Below are positions 44,806-53,673 of a DNA stretch of 53,673 nt, piece by piece. The notes under the pieces were generated by a model. That model had not been told where the DNA came from, did no database searches, and saw only the letters and a list, made by a program, of their open reading frames with translations. The stretch lies in sequence record NC_079183. One strand, given 5' to 3'. Both the position numbers and the translations under genes were made by a program. Positions within the stretch are counted from its first letter, which is position 1. Each line of letters opens with the position of its first letter. This stretch comes from Escherichia phage vB_EcoM_SA91KD.

Positions 44806-45164
44806 TTGAGCAGGAACATCAAGCTCTAAAACAAATTGCTGACCTTCTGCCCACCGGATACGTTAAAAGTGTTCCTTACAACATAAGGAAAGATGTGTCG
44901 TTTGAGTTTAATGGTGTGACAGTTAAAATGTCTGCACTGTACTTAAACGAACCTTTAAACTGCTACATGTTTGACTTAGCTTGGGGAGCCACGAATAAAA
45001 TATTCGGAATCCCTATTCGATGCGGTATTGATATTCTTAAGCAATACAAGACTCCGCTTCCAAACATGTACGCAGCTAACACAGTATTCCCTGGTGAAGA
45101 AGTAACAAGCTACCGACAACTCTACCTATTCATTATTGACGAGAGTGTACTCGAACGTGGCTAG
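44802..45164 (+). CDS. Hypothetical baseplate-module protein (120 aa)
   Basis: Position only. Confidence 0.4.
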   Translation: MIEQEHQALKQIADLLPTGYVKSVPYNIRKDVSFEFNGVTVKMSALYLNEPLNCYMFDLAWGATNKIFGIPIRCGIDILKQYKTPLPNMYAANTVFPGEEVTSYRQLYLFIIDESVLERG

Positions 45165-45951
45165 TCATAACAATAACCAAAATGCTCCTGACATTAACAC
45201 AAGTTATCCAGGACACATCTACAATTTCGATGCCGTAACACAGACTTGCGAAGTCCAGCTTGCAATCGAAAACTTGTTCGTGGGTTATGCCGAAGCCTAC
45301 ACCTTGCAGCCAAAACAAAGGTTGCAGGGTGTTCCTGTTCAGTTTATTCAGGGTGGCGGCTGGAGCTTAACCCATCCGGTTCCAGATGGAACTCCCTGTT
45401 ACGTCCATTTCTCCCAACGAGGAATAGACCATTGGTTGTCAGAAAACAAGAGCAGTGCTGGCTTAATAAATGGGCGACCTGCCCCAGAGTTCAGCCAACT
45501 GTTCTCACACAATGCTGCCGTATGTACCATTGGGACTCAGCCTTTGACTAAAGTTATTCCAGGATTTAATGGTGGAGTAGCAGAACTGCGTAATGCAGAC
45601 AGGAGCCAAAGACTAACACTGCATGGTGATGGTTTAATTGAAATCATTACTGGTGCTGCGAAGATTCAAATCACAAAAGATTCGGAGATTCTCGTTGAAG
45701 TTACGTCGCAAGCTACAGTTAAAGCGCCGCAGATTACATTGGATGGTGATACGACCGTTACAAAATCTTTAACAGTGATGGGCGGCATGGCTGTATCTGG
45801 GACTAAAGACGGCTCCACTGCAACGTTCACTGGTAACTTTAAGATGGATGGTAACATGGTCCAAACTGGTTCCCTCACTCTTAATGGTATTAAGGTTGAT
45901 GGCCACACTCACACTAACCCAGAAGGCGGCGATGTTGGGCCGATGAAATAA
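45136..45951 (+). CDS. Baseplate spike / assembly protein V-like (271 aa)
   Basis: C-terminal repeats then HTHTNPEGG metal-binding-like apex motif typical of gpV/gp45 spikes. TTG start per track. Confidence 0.6.
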   Translation: MTRVYSNVASHNNNQNAPDINTSYPGHIYNFDAVTQTCEVQLAIENLFVGYAEAYTLQPKQRLQGVPVQFIQGGGWSLTHPVPDGTPCYVHFSQRGIDHWLSENKSSAGLINGRPAPEFSQLFSHNAAVCTIGTQPLTKVIPGFNGGVAELRNADRSQRLTLHGDGLIEIITGAAKIQITKDSEILVEVTSQATVKAPQITLDGDTTVTKSLTVMGGMAVSGTKDGSTATFTGNFKMDGNMVQTGSLTLNGIKVDGHTHTNPEGGDVGPMK

Positions 45952-46322
45952 TGGCTGGAAATTTAGCTCTTGATTCAAACCACGACATTATTATTGGTCG
46001 TGGAACAACTCGTATTTCAGGTGCTGCTCAGGTCGCTCAATTGGTTAAGTGCCGATTGCTGACAATCTTCGGAGAATGGAAGCTCGACAATTCGTTGGGC
46101 TTACCGTGGTTCGAAGCAATCTTCACAAAGCAAGTGCGTCCCTCGGACATTGAGGCAGCAATAGCCAATATCATTCGTGGAACTGCTGGTGTTCAGCAAC
46201 TAATATCTATAGATATTGATGCAGACTACCGAGCCAGAAAACTTGGAATCTCCTTTACTGCATTGTCTGACTATGGCGACATTACGGAATTCTTAACATG
46301 GCAACAATCAAATACGGCGTAA
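45951..46322 (+). CDS. Baseplate wedge protein (gpW / gp25-like), 123 aa
   Basis: Size and position just upstream of the gpJ-like gene. Confidence 0.5.
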   Translation: MAGNLALDSNHDIIIGRGTTRISGAAQVAQLVKCRLLTIFGEWKLDNSLGLPWFEAIFTKQVRPSDIEAAIANIIRGTAGVQQLISIDIDADYRARKLGISFTALSDYGDITEFLTWQQSNTA

Positions 46323-47455
46323 CAGAGAACGGCTTTGTTCGTAAGCCTGTGGCCGACGTTGTATCAAGCCTTAATAACAAATTTATTGCCGCATTTGGTT
46401 CCAACTTTGATATAAGTCCGGAATCTCCCGATGGGCAGTATATTGGAATTATGGCAGACGAAATAGCTTCGTGCTGGGAACAGGCCGAACAAGTATTCAA
46501 CGCATTCCGTCCAGGTGCTGTATCTGGTATTGGGCTGGATAACGTTTGTGAGTTAACAAACACTGTTCGATATGTTGATAAACCTTCACAAGCAACTGTT
46601 CTATGCAAGGGTGATACGGGGACTATTGTTCCTGCTGGCTCTGTTGTAACTGACGGAACAATGCGCTTCGTGCTGGACACAGACGTAACACTACCAGGTG
46701 ACGTAACTGTTATTGCAGAAGAGCCGGGTGAGTATTATATCGCACCTAACACCATCAACAAAATTGTAACTCCTGTTGCTGGTTGGGCTTCTGTTAACAA
46801 TGAAACAGCTGGTGAGACAGGTATTAACTATGAGCCAGACCCACAACTTCGAGCACGTCGAGAAAAGACTACGGCAGTCAGTAGCACAGCCACAGTCGAA
46901 GCCATCTATGCTTCACTCGCTGACCTCGATATTAATTACATTCGTGTTCGTGATAATGATACCGGCTCTCCTATTGGCAATCAGCCTTCGGGCACTGTAT
47001 TTGTTGTAGTTGATGGCGGCACCAATAACGATATTGCCCGTCGAATCTACAATGCCAAAACTGGTGGCGTTCCTACGCACGGTAATATCACAATCACTGT
47101 GGCAGACTCAAAAGGCTATCCGCACGATATTCACTTCAGCCGACCAACCTACACAGACATTTATGTCAAAGGTACGTTCCGTCGCCGTGCAAATGCCAAC
47201 TTGAGTTCTAACGATGCTATTCGTCAATTGACCGAAGCAACTGTTAACTATCTCAACTCCCTGCAACCAGGGCAGAGTGTAGTATGGTCTAACATGTTTG
47301 CTCCCATCATGGCTGCAACACAGTCGCTTGAAATTGATTCTTTGTTTATCGGTATTGCTCCAAACCCAACTGGAACAGCAACTATCGATTTAGATATTGA
47401 TAAGCGTGCTCGTGGCGTTGCTGCCAATATAACCTACACTGACGTAACGGTATAA
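46298..47455 (+). CDS. Baseplate J-like protein (385 aa)
   Basis: Size and synteny (W-J-I order). Confidence 0.55.
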   Translation: MATIKYGVTENGFVRKPVADVVSSLNNKFIAAFGSNFDISPESPDGQYIGIMADEIASCWEQAEQVFNAFRPGAVSGIGLDNVCELTNTVRYVDKPSQATVLCKGDTGTIVPAGSVVTDGTMRFVLDTDVTLPGDVTVIAEEPGEYYIAPNTINKIVTPVAGWASVNNETAGETGINYEPDPQLRARREKTTAVSSTATVEAIYASLADLDINYIRVRDNDTGSPIGNQPSGTVFVVVDGGTNNDIARRIYNAKTGGVPTHGNITITVADSKGYPHDIHFSRPTYTDIYVKGTFRRRANANLSSNDAIRQLTEATVNYLNSLQPGQSVVWSNMFAPIMAATQSLEIDSLFIGIAPNPTGTATIDLDIDKRARGVAANITYTDVTV

Positions 47456-47456
47456 T

Positions 47457-48098
47457 ATGGCTGGTAAACATGGCTTAGACATGCTGCTTTCGCAGTATGC
47501 ACTTTCACCAAACCTTCGCAAGTATATCTCCATTTTCTTGGAAGAGTTTGCAGAAGTTAAACAAGCCATGACTGACTCAATCAAGTACAGATACTTAGCA
47601 GACTCATTCGGCATCATGGTTGATGACCTTGCATATATTGTAGGGGCTTCTCGTGTAATTCACGGTGCCGCAGCACTTGGGTACTTTGGCTTTTATGCCA
47701 ACCCAGGTGCATTCTCTGCTGGTGATGACAATGACCCGAATGTCGGTGGTATTCTGAAATCAGATTACGACAGAGACTCTGGCGACTTTGTTCGAACAGA
47801 TGCACAGTTGAAGGCTGCAATACGTGCCCGAATCATTAAGATAACTGGCAACTGTACTATCGAACAAATCATCACGTACATTGAGTTAGTTGTGGGAAGG
47901 GAACTAAAACTCCAAATCATCGAAGGATTTCAGACAATGGATTATGTTGTTCATGAAATGTTGTCTGTACCTGAGAAAGTTCTTATGGCACACATGCTTC
48001 CGAACTTTAAACCTGTTGGTGTCAAGATTACCCTCAAAGATGCTGGAGGCAATATTGCCTTGGTTTATGGTTCCAAAGATTATCCTCCGGAGAAATAA
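47457..48098 (+). CDS. Baseplate/tail protein I-like (213 aa)
   Basis: Synteny. Confidence 0.5.
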   Translation: MAGKHGLDMLLSQYALSPNLRKYISIFLEEFAEVKQAMTDSIKYRYLADSFGIMVDDLAYIVGASRVIHGAAALGYFGFYANPGAFSAGDDNDPNVGGILKSDYDRDSGDFVRTDAQLKAAIRARIIKITGNCTIEQIITYIELVVGRELKLQIIEGFQTMDYVVHEMLSVPEKVLMAHMLPNFKPVGVKITLKDAGGNIALVYGSKDYPPEK

Positions 48099-49246
48099 TG
48101 ACTCAACGTCTTAAGTTTAATTTTCCCTGGGCGCAAGATGGTGAAGTTAAAGACCCGGACTTGGACACCACTGCGCCAAGTTTTATCGCAGACAGGTATG
48201 CCAACTTAGGTTGGGAAGTTGAAAAGCCACCTAACGAGTGGCAAAACTTTTTATCTCAAATTAGCGATTTAAAGATTATATCCCTCCTGTTTAGCGGTAT
48301 TGCTGAGTTTGATTCAAGTGTAACTTACCAGGTTGGTGCAGTATCCTCGCTTGATGGTGTTGTTCGTGTCTACACTCCCAAAGGTTGGGAAGAAGTATTG
48401 GACCTCAAAAAGGTTGAGTATCTTAACAACGTAAGTAACTTAAAGTCTATTTACGATGGGCACTTGGCTGCAACCAATCCTCATAAAGAAACTGTAGACA
48501 CCATCACAGACAAAACTTATAGCAAAGCTGCCATAGATGATGCCTTTGGTAGCAAGACAGACCCGAGAACTATTGTGTATCATAAGCTGCAAACTGGACG
48601 TGTCCACCAAGAGACTCCACAGCAGCTTGGAACACTGCCAACATCTGGCGGTAAGTTTTCTGGACCTGTGTCACTATTGGGTGGGATGAAGTTTGGGACA
48701 AACATCACAATTCAAATGAACCCAGGAAATGGGAGAATTGAGATGCGAGCAGGTAATAGGATTCTGTCCATCGATGCGCTTGGCAATGTTTTGTGGAGCA
48801 TAGTTGGTGGTGAAGAGTATCCAGTGATGACAGAACTGAACTACTCAGAGTTCCAGATGCGCTGGGGAAGCAGGTTCGCACTTCCTGTGCCGTACCTGGA
48901 CATGAATATTACCAAAACTTTAAATGACGCATCCTCCGTAAATGGTTGGACTATTTCAACATCTGCGCCTCCTGTTTTCCAGGCTGTAGACGGAGGACTT
49001 AGGGTAGATAACAACACAGTAACTTTCGAAGGCTTTCAGAACGCAGCACCAGGAACTTTTGTGGTTTATGCTATGGATGGCACAGGCAAGAAGTTGCGAG
49101 CTGTAGTAGACGCCCCTAGTGGAAACTACGCATCAATGAGCACACTTCTAACAAACCTAGGCCTGACAAATGCAACGTATGTTTCAAGGATAACATACTA
49201 CCCAAGACTGACAGCATACAACAAATCAATGTTAGCGAGCGTATAA
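48098..49246 (+). CDS. Tail fiber protein (382 aa)
   Basis: Follows the baseplate genes; Gly/Thr/Ser/Asn-rich beta-type composition. Confidence 0.5.
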   Translation: MTQRLKFNFPWAQDGEVKDPDLDTTAPSFIADRYANLGWEVEKPPNEWQNFLSQISDLKIISLLFSGIAEFDSSVTYQVGAVSSLDGVVRVYTPKGWEEVLDLKKVEYLNNVSNLKSIYDGHLAATNPHKETVDTITDKTYSKAAIDDAFGSKTDPRTIVYHKLQTGRVHQETPQQLGTLPTSGGKFSGPVSLLGGMKFGTNITIQMNPGNGRIEMRAGNRILSIDALGNVLWSIVGGEEYPVMTELNYSEFQMRWGSRFALPVPYLDMNITKTLNDASSVNGWTISTSAPPVFQAVDGGLRVDNNTVTFEGFQNAAPGTFVVYAMDGTGKKLRAVVDAPSGNYASMSTLLTNLGLTNATYVSRITYYPRLTAYNKSMLASV

Positions 49247-50605
49247 ATGGCAATTCGTCCTAAACTGAACCGAGTGTGGACTTCAAACAACTCTGTTGCA
49301 AGACGTGACCCAGGGGATGAAAAATACCTCAAGGGTTGGGTTGCGGAGATTCCGACCTATCAGGTTCTTAACTACCTGCAATACAAGATTGACACCACAA
49401 TGCTTGCACAAGCAGAGCGTGGAATCTTTGAGTGGGGAAATGATGTAAGTTATGGCGTTGGTAGTTTGGCTTGGGACGAAACAGACAAGACTATTTATGT
49501 TTGTACTGTCGCCAGTCCTAACAAAACACTACGCCCAAGTGCAAACTCTGCACAGTGGAGTCCAAGCTCCATCCAAGTTTCTCGTGCAAACTACGACTCA
49601 ATTGTTGCAGCAATCAATGCGCACATTGCAGACGTAACCACAAACCCGCACAAAGTAACTGCTGCACAAATTGGCGCATACAACAAGTCCGAGCTTGATT
49701 CGATTGTTGCCAACTACCGTGCAATGGTTCAAGCACACGTAGCGGACTATGACAACCCTCACAAACTTACTGCGGTCCAGGTTGGTGCTGTTCCTGTAAC
49801 TGGTGGTGCATACACTGGTGAAGTTACTTTCACGACTGTGTACCTGAATGACTCCAAGACTGCCCAGATTGTTAACGGTGGAGGTCTGTATCTTCGTAAT
49901 GGGAGCTACTACCTTGGAATTAACGGAACCACGGGAAATCCAGAGGCAGGTACTGCTGCAAGTAAGTCGCGCATTGTAACGGAACTAAACTTCCCAGATG
50001 TTAAGGCAGCACAAGAACCTGGGTATGCCACGCCACTTGAGTCGTTTCAAATGGGGCTTATCAATTCGATAAACATCCAGCGCGGGACTGGTACTGCATC
50101 CACCACAGGCGAGCCAGCATTCGACCCAAGTACCGGTATGTTAGGTATTAACAATGTGGAGTTTAAGTTGGAGATGTCTGATATTGTTCGGCTCCCCAGC
50201 AACTATGAATTCACCATTTGTTTTGATTACCTCCACACATTTCTGCCAGACCGCTCCGATTGGAGTATCGCCGCAGGAACAAACCTTGCCAGAATCTTGG
50301 TTCGTAAAAATGGCACATTGGCTATATATGTGTATATCCCATCTGCCAATAAAAATGCAATTTTTGCTTCTGCGACAATTCCAGCGTCCCTTAGCGGAAC
50401 AATTGTTCGGATAGTCGGTGTATATGATGGGTCTACATATAGGTTGTATATAAACGGCGTGTTGGCTGCATCACAGGCTGGGGCACCTCCTGCCGACAGC
50501 TCTGCACCAAGCATCTATATTCCAAAGTATCCTGATACAGTTCGTATCAGAAACTTTAGGCTGTGGCCTTCCGCGCTAACTGCCAAACAGATTTCAACTT
50601 TATAG
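49247..50605 (+). CDS. Tail fiber protein with NPHK(V/L)TA(A/V)Q(I/V)GA repeats (452 aa)
   Basis: Short conserved fiber-like repeats. Confidence 0.55.
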   Translation: MAIRPKLNRVWTSNNSVARRDPGDEKYLKGWVAEIPTYQVLNYLQYKIDTTMLAQAERGIFEWGNDVSYGVGSLAWDETDKTIYVCTVASPNKTLRPSANSAQWSPSSIQVSRANYDSIVAAINAHIADVTTNPHKVTAAQIGAYNKSELDSIVANYRAMVQAHVADYDNPHKLTAVQVGAVPVTGGAYTGEVTFTTVYLNDSKTAQIVNGGGLYLRNGSYYLGINGTTGNPEAGTAASKSRIVTELNFPDVKAAQEPGYATPLESFQMGLINSINIQRGTGTASTTGEPAFDPSTGMLGINNVEFKLEMSDIVRLPSNYEFTICFDYLHTFLPDRSDWSIAAGTNLARILVRKNGTLAIYVYIPSANKNAIFASATIPASLSGTIVRIVGVYDGSTYRLYINGVLAASQAGAPPADSSAPSIYIPKYPDTVRIRNFRLWPSALTAKQISTL

Positions 50606-50613
50606 GATTCAAA

Positions 50614-51651
50614 ATGGCTAAAGGTTATTCTTTAGATGCATTGGTTAAGGAGAAGTGGTCAAGGTACACCACTTCCGTGACCACTGGTACAGACTTCGAC
50701 AACCTAAATACTGTAGAGCTTAGTGGAATATATTACATTCCATCAATATCTCTTGCGAACAGTCTTCTTAATATCCCGGTTAAGGTCGCTGGCATTGTAG
50801 AAGTTCTTCCGTGGTCCAACTCCACAGGGTGCGTCATACAAAGGTTTACCACATACAGCGATGGGACTGAGTGGAAGAGGTCATATGATGGGGTTAAGTG
50901 GTCCCCGTGGAGCCAGACACTAACATCGTTAAACGTATTTAGTGTAATGTACCCAATAGGCATTGTCGTCCAGTTTGATAACGCCACTAACCCAAACAAC
51001 TCCTTCATCGGAACTGTGTGGGAACAGATTGTAGATGGCCGCTCTGCCCGTGCTGCCACTGGTCCGGAAGCTGGTACGGCTGATGGTCAGATTGGTTCAG
51101 TAGCTGGGTCTGATACAACCACGATTGCTGTGACAAACATGCCAGGCCACACGCACGGTATGCAGAACCACACGCACGGTATTGCATCTCACACCCACAC
51201 GATGGCTCACACCCACACCATTAACCATGACCACGGTGCAGTGACGTCAAGCTCTGCTGGTGCACACACTCACACAGTATCTGGTACTGCTGCAAGTAAT
51301 GGCAACCACACTCACACTGTGCCGTCGGTTAACGGTGGTAACTCAGGTGGTAGCATACCACTCCGCTCAGGCCGCAATGACGTAGAATCAAACTCTACAA
51401 ACACTGGCACTGCTGGTGCACATACTCACTCAGTAAGCGGAACTGCTGCCTCTTCTGGCGCTCACACGCACTCTGTTGACTTACCCAACTTCACAGGTAC
51501 AAGTGGTGGCTCCAGTGCTGGTAACACAGGCGGTACGGCACTGACCACTGGTGGCCCCAGCAATAACGAAACAACCTCAACTGGTGGCGGGACCGCACTC
51601 AATGTGCGCAACTCTTCACACTATTACGCCTTCTGGAAACGGGTGGCTTAA
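50614..51651 (+). CDS. Tail fiber / collar-domain protein with multiple H-T-H triads (about 345 aa)
   Basis: ATG after agga RBS (track ORF starts at 50563); repeats PGHTHG, NHTHG, SHTHT, AHTHT, GAHTHTV, NHTHTV, GAHTHSV (x2); Gly/Ser/Thr-rich. Confidence 0.55.
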   Translation: MAKGYSLDALVKEKWSRYTTSVTTGTDFDNLNTVELSGIYYIPSISLANSLLNIPVKVAGIVEVLPWSNSTGCVIQRFTTYSDGTEWKRSYDGVKWSPWSQTLTSLNVFSVMYPIGIVVQFDNATNPNNSFIGTVWEQIVDGRSARAATGPEAGTADGQIGSVAGSDTTTIAVTNMPGHTHGMQNHTHGIASHTHTMAHTHTINHDHGAVTSSSAGAHTHTVSGTAASNGNHTHTVPSVNGGNSGGSIPLRSGRNDVESNSTNTGTAGAHTHSVSGTAASSGAHTHSVDLPNFTGTSGGSSAGNTGGTALTTGGPSNNETTSTGGGTALNVRNSSHYYAFWKRVA

Positions 51652-51659
51652 GGAAAACA

Positions 51660-52001
51660 ATGGAACGACTATCCATTCAGATGTTTGTGGACCTGATGCA
51701 CCAATATGGCGTATGGCACGGATTATTGGCTGGTCTTACGGCTTTAATTCGTGGGGCATATGAGAGTGAAGGCTTAAGCAAGGCGCTGCTGGATGCGGCG
51801 CTGTGCAGCTTAATCGGCTTGTTTGCCTTTCATGTTGCTGGCACATTTGAAACCTTCACGACTAACGTCACTATGCAGTTAGTATTGGCTATCGTGATTG
51901 GTGTCATCGGTGCAAACCTCATTATTACAACTGTCAGGGAAAGTTTCTCTGGCGCAATCAAACAACTTAATCCTTTGACGTGGTTCAAGAAGGCACGATG
52001 A
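51660..52001 (+). CDS. Holin-like membrane protein (113 aa)
   Basis: Two to three hydrophobic helices, charged C-terminus, immediately upstream of a cell-wall hydrolase. Confidence 0.55.
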   Translation: MERLSIQMFVDLMHQYGVWHGLLAGLTALIRGAYESEGLSKALLDAALCSLIGLFAFHVAGTFETFTTNVTMQLVLAIVIGVIGANLIITTVRESFSGAIKQLNPLTWFKKAR

Positions 52002-52018
52002 AATGATAAGGAACTCGA

Positions 52019-52573
52019 ATGCTATCATTCAAAGTCCTTGCAGTTCTGGCAGCTTTAGTTCACATCAACGCCCCAGCTTCGGTTGGGGCAGTGAATTCTG
52101 CTATTACAGATTTTGCAAGTCATTCTTATTTAAATGGAAGTCTGAAACTATCTTCTTCACAACGCAAAGAGCTAGAATGCTATACTAAAGTTATCTGGTA
52201 TGAAGCTCGCGGAGAAGACAAACATGGAAAGATTCTGGTAGCTAATGTCGTCCGTAATAGAACAGAGTTCGGGAAGCCATTCGCTAACACCGTTTGTGAT
52301 GTTGTCTATCAACGCAATCAATTTGCATGGACACGAGAAGCAAAGAAGAAGAATGCCCAATGGAAGCATGTAGCAAAGATTAATTATGCCACAGAACAAC
52401 AACAAGTTCTGGACACCATTAATGTTGCAATCTCTTTTGTACTATTTAATCAACCCTCTGTCACCAAAGCAACCCACTTTTGTACAGCATCGGAGAAGTG
52501 CAACTTCAAGAATGTTAAAGGTTTGGGTCGTTATGGTGGCCATAAATTCTATGAGTATCTAGGAAATCTGTGA
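52019..52573 (+). CDS. Cell-wall hydrolase, SleB / Hydrolase_2 family, with N-terminal signal sequence (184 aa)
   Basis: Signal-like [24 protein letters not shown]; core [24 protein letters not shown]...[17 protein letters not shown]. Confidence 0.7.
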   Translation: MLSFKVLAVLAALVHINAPASVGAVNSAITDFASHSYLNGSLKLSSSQRKELECYTKVIWYEARGEDKHGKILVANVVRNRTEFGKPFANTVCDVVYQRNQFAWTREAKKKNAQWKHVAKINYATEQQQVLDTINVAISFVLFNQPSVTKATHFCTASEKCNFKNVKGLGRYGGHKFYEYLGNL

Positions 52574-53673
52574 TGGCTTACACTACCTTTTCGCAAACCA
52601 AGAATAACCAACTACTAGAGCCAATGTTCTTTGGTCAGAATGTTAACGTTGCTCGATATGACCAACAGAAGTACAGCATCTTCGAGAAGTTAATCGAGAA
52701 GCAGTTATCTTTCTTTTGGCGACCTGAAGAGGTTGATGTTAGCCAGGACCGAATTGACTATGCTGGTCTTCCTGAATGTGAGAAGCACATCTTCACCAGC
52801 AATTTACGATACCAAATCCTGCTTGACTCCATTCAGGGACGCGGGCCAACTACAGTTTTGCTGCCAATTGTGAGCATTCCTGAACTGGAAACTTGGATTG
52901 AAACTTGGTCATTCTCAGAGACAATTCACTCCCGTTCTTACACGCATATTATTCGTAATATCGTGACAGACCCAAGTGTAATTTTCGATGAAATTGTGGA
53001 GAATGAGCACATTAAAATGCGTGCAATTGGCATATCACAATATTATGATGAGCTTCAACATCTAACTTCCATGTGGCATCTGCATGAAGATAAAGTTTCT
53101 CTTCGTGAGCTTAAGAAGAAGCTATATTTATGCCTCATGTCCATTAATGCACTAGAAGCAATCCGCTTTTATGTCAGCTTTGCTTGCTCATTTGCCTTCG
53201 CTGAACGCAAGTTAATGGAAGGAAATGCCAAGATTATTCGCTTAATTGCTCGTGATGAAGCACTCCATTTGACTGGAACTCAGCACATGCTGAACCTTCT
53301 TGCAAGCGGTGTTGATGACCCAGAAATGGCAGAAATTGCTAAAGAATGCCGCCAAGAATGCCAAGAAATGTTCGAAAATGTGGCCCAACAAGAGAAAGAT
53401 TGGGCTGATTATTTGTTCAAAGATGGCTCCATGATAGGCTTAAATAAGCAAATTCTGTGCGGATATGTGGAATATATTACAAATATTCGTATGCAAGCAG
53501 TTGGATTGGATGCTCCATTCAAAGGTGCTACTAACCCGATTCCTTGGATTAACGCATGGTTGAATTCGGATGCTGTACAAGTTGCTCCACAAGAAACGGA
53601 GATTAGTTCGTACCTTGTCGGGCAGATTGATTCCGAAGTTGACACCAATGCTCTGGGCGGATTTGAGCTTTAA
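52570..53673 (+). CDS. nrdB: Ribonucleotide reductase class Ia small subunit NrdB (367 aa)
   Basis: Long stretches match enterobacterial NrdB as I recall it ([109 protein letters not shown]). ORF ends at the last base of the window. Confidence 0.85.
   Translation: MMAYTTFSQTKNNQLLEPMFFGQNVNVARYDQQKYSIFEKLIEKQLSFFWRPEEVDVSQDRIDYAGLPECEKHIFTSNLRYQILLDSIQGRGPTTVLLPIVSIPELETWIETWSFSETIHSRSYTHIIRNIVTDPSVIFDEIVENEHIKMRAIGISQYYDELQHLTSMWHLHEDKVSLRELKKKLYLCLMSINALEAIRFYVSFACSFAFAERKLMEGNAKIIRLIARDEALHLTGTQHMLNLLASGVDDPEMAEIAKECRQECQEMFENVAQQEKDWADYLFKDGSMIGLNKQILCGYVEYITNIRMQAVGLDAPFKGATNPIPWINAWLNSDAVQVAPQETEISSYLVGQIDSEVDTNALGGFEL

Noticed and set aside
1-53673. Temperate-phage / prophage features (integrase, repressor, att sites)
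   Set aside because: No integrase- or repressor-like ORF recognised; all genes are co-oriented with dedicated RNAP and replication machinery, consistent with a virulent phage. The tRNA-like element is therefore not interpreted as an attachment site.

Overview
This window reads as a near-complete lytic tailed-phage genome segment with every credible gene on the + strand; reverse-strand ORFs in the track are nested antisense artefacts. Layout: (1) a 748-nt non-coding leader; (2) a compact T7-family single-subunit RNA polymerase (749-2602) lacking most of the N-terminal promoter-binding domain; (3) a 1.27-kb AT-rich non-coding region with about 12 GCATGT boxes (candidate origin / early promoter array); (4) roughly 35 small early genes (3.9-15 kb) including an SSB C-terminal-tail mimic, a T5-like M15 peptidase, an ArdA-like acidic protein, zinc-ribbon proteins and a tandem paralog trio; (5) a 2.5-kb largely non-coding stretch (15.0-17.5 kb) with a C10 tract, an atypical tRNA-like element and an overlapped spanin-like gene pair; (6) a T7-like replication and nucleotide-metabolism module (HNH-AP2 endonuclease, ThyX, gp4-like primase-helicase, family A DNA polymerase, SSB-like protein, gp6-like exonuclease, ligase, dNMP kinase, dUTPase); (7) a lambda-like head module (TerL, gpW-like, portal, protease/scaffold, decoration, capsid) in which the decoration gene appears to gain two Ig-like domains by a -1 frameshift at C_CCA_AAG; (8) a Mu/P2-like contractile tail module whose tape-measure-position protein (1241 aa) carries an embedded YqaJ-like PD-(D/E)xK nuclease domain and a C-terminal lytic transglycosylase domain; (9) holin, a signal-peptide SleB-like hydrolase, and an enterobacterial-type NrdB. 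A conserved ACATTAGTTGGATGTGA box recurs at least 11 times on the + strand and is the best candidate for the phage promoter. All calls are by eye from sequence and the ORF track; hand-derived coordinates may be off by a few nt, and no database search was run.
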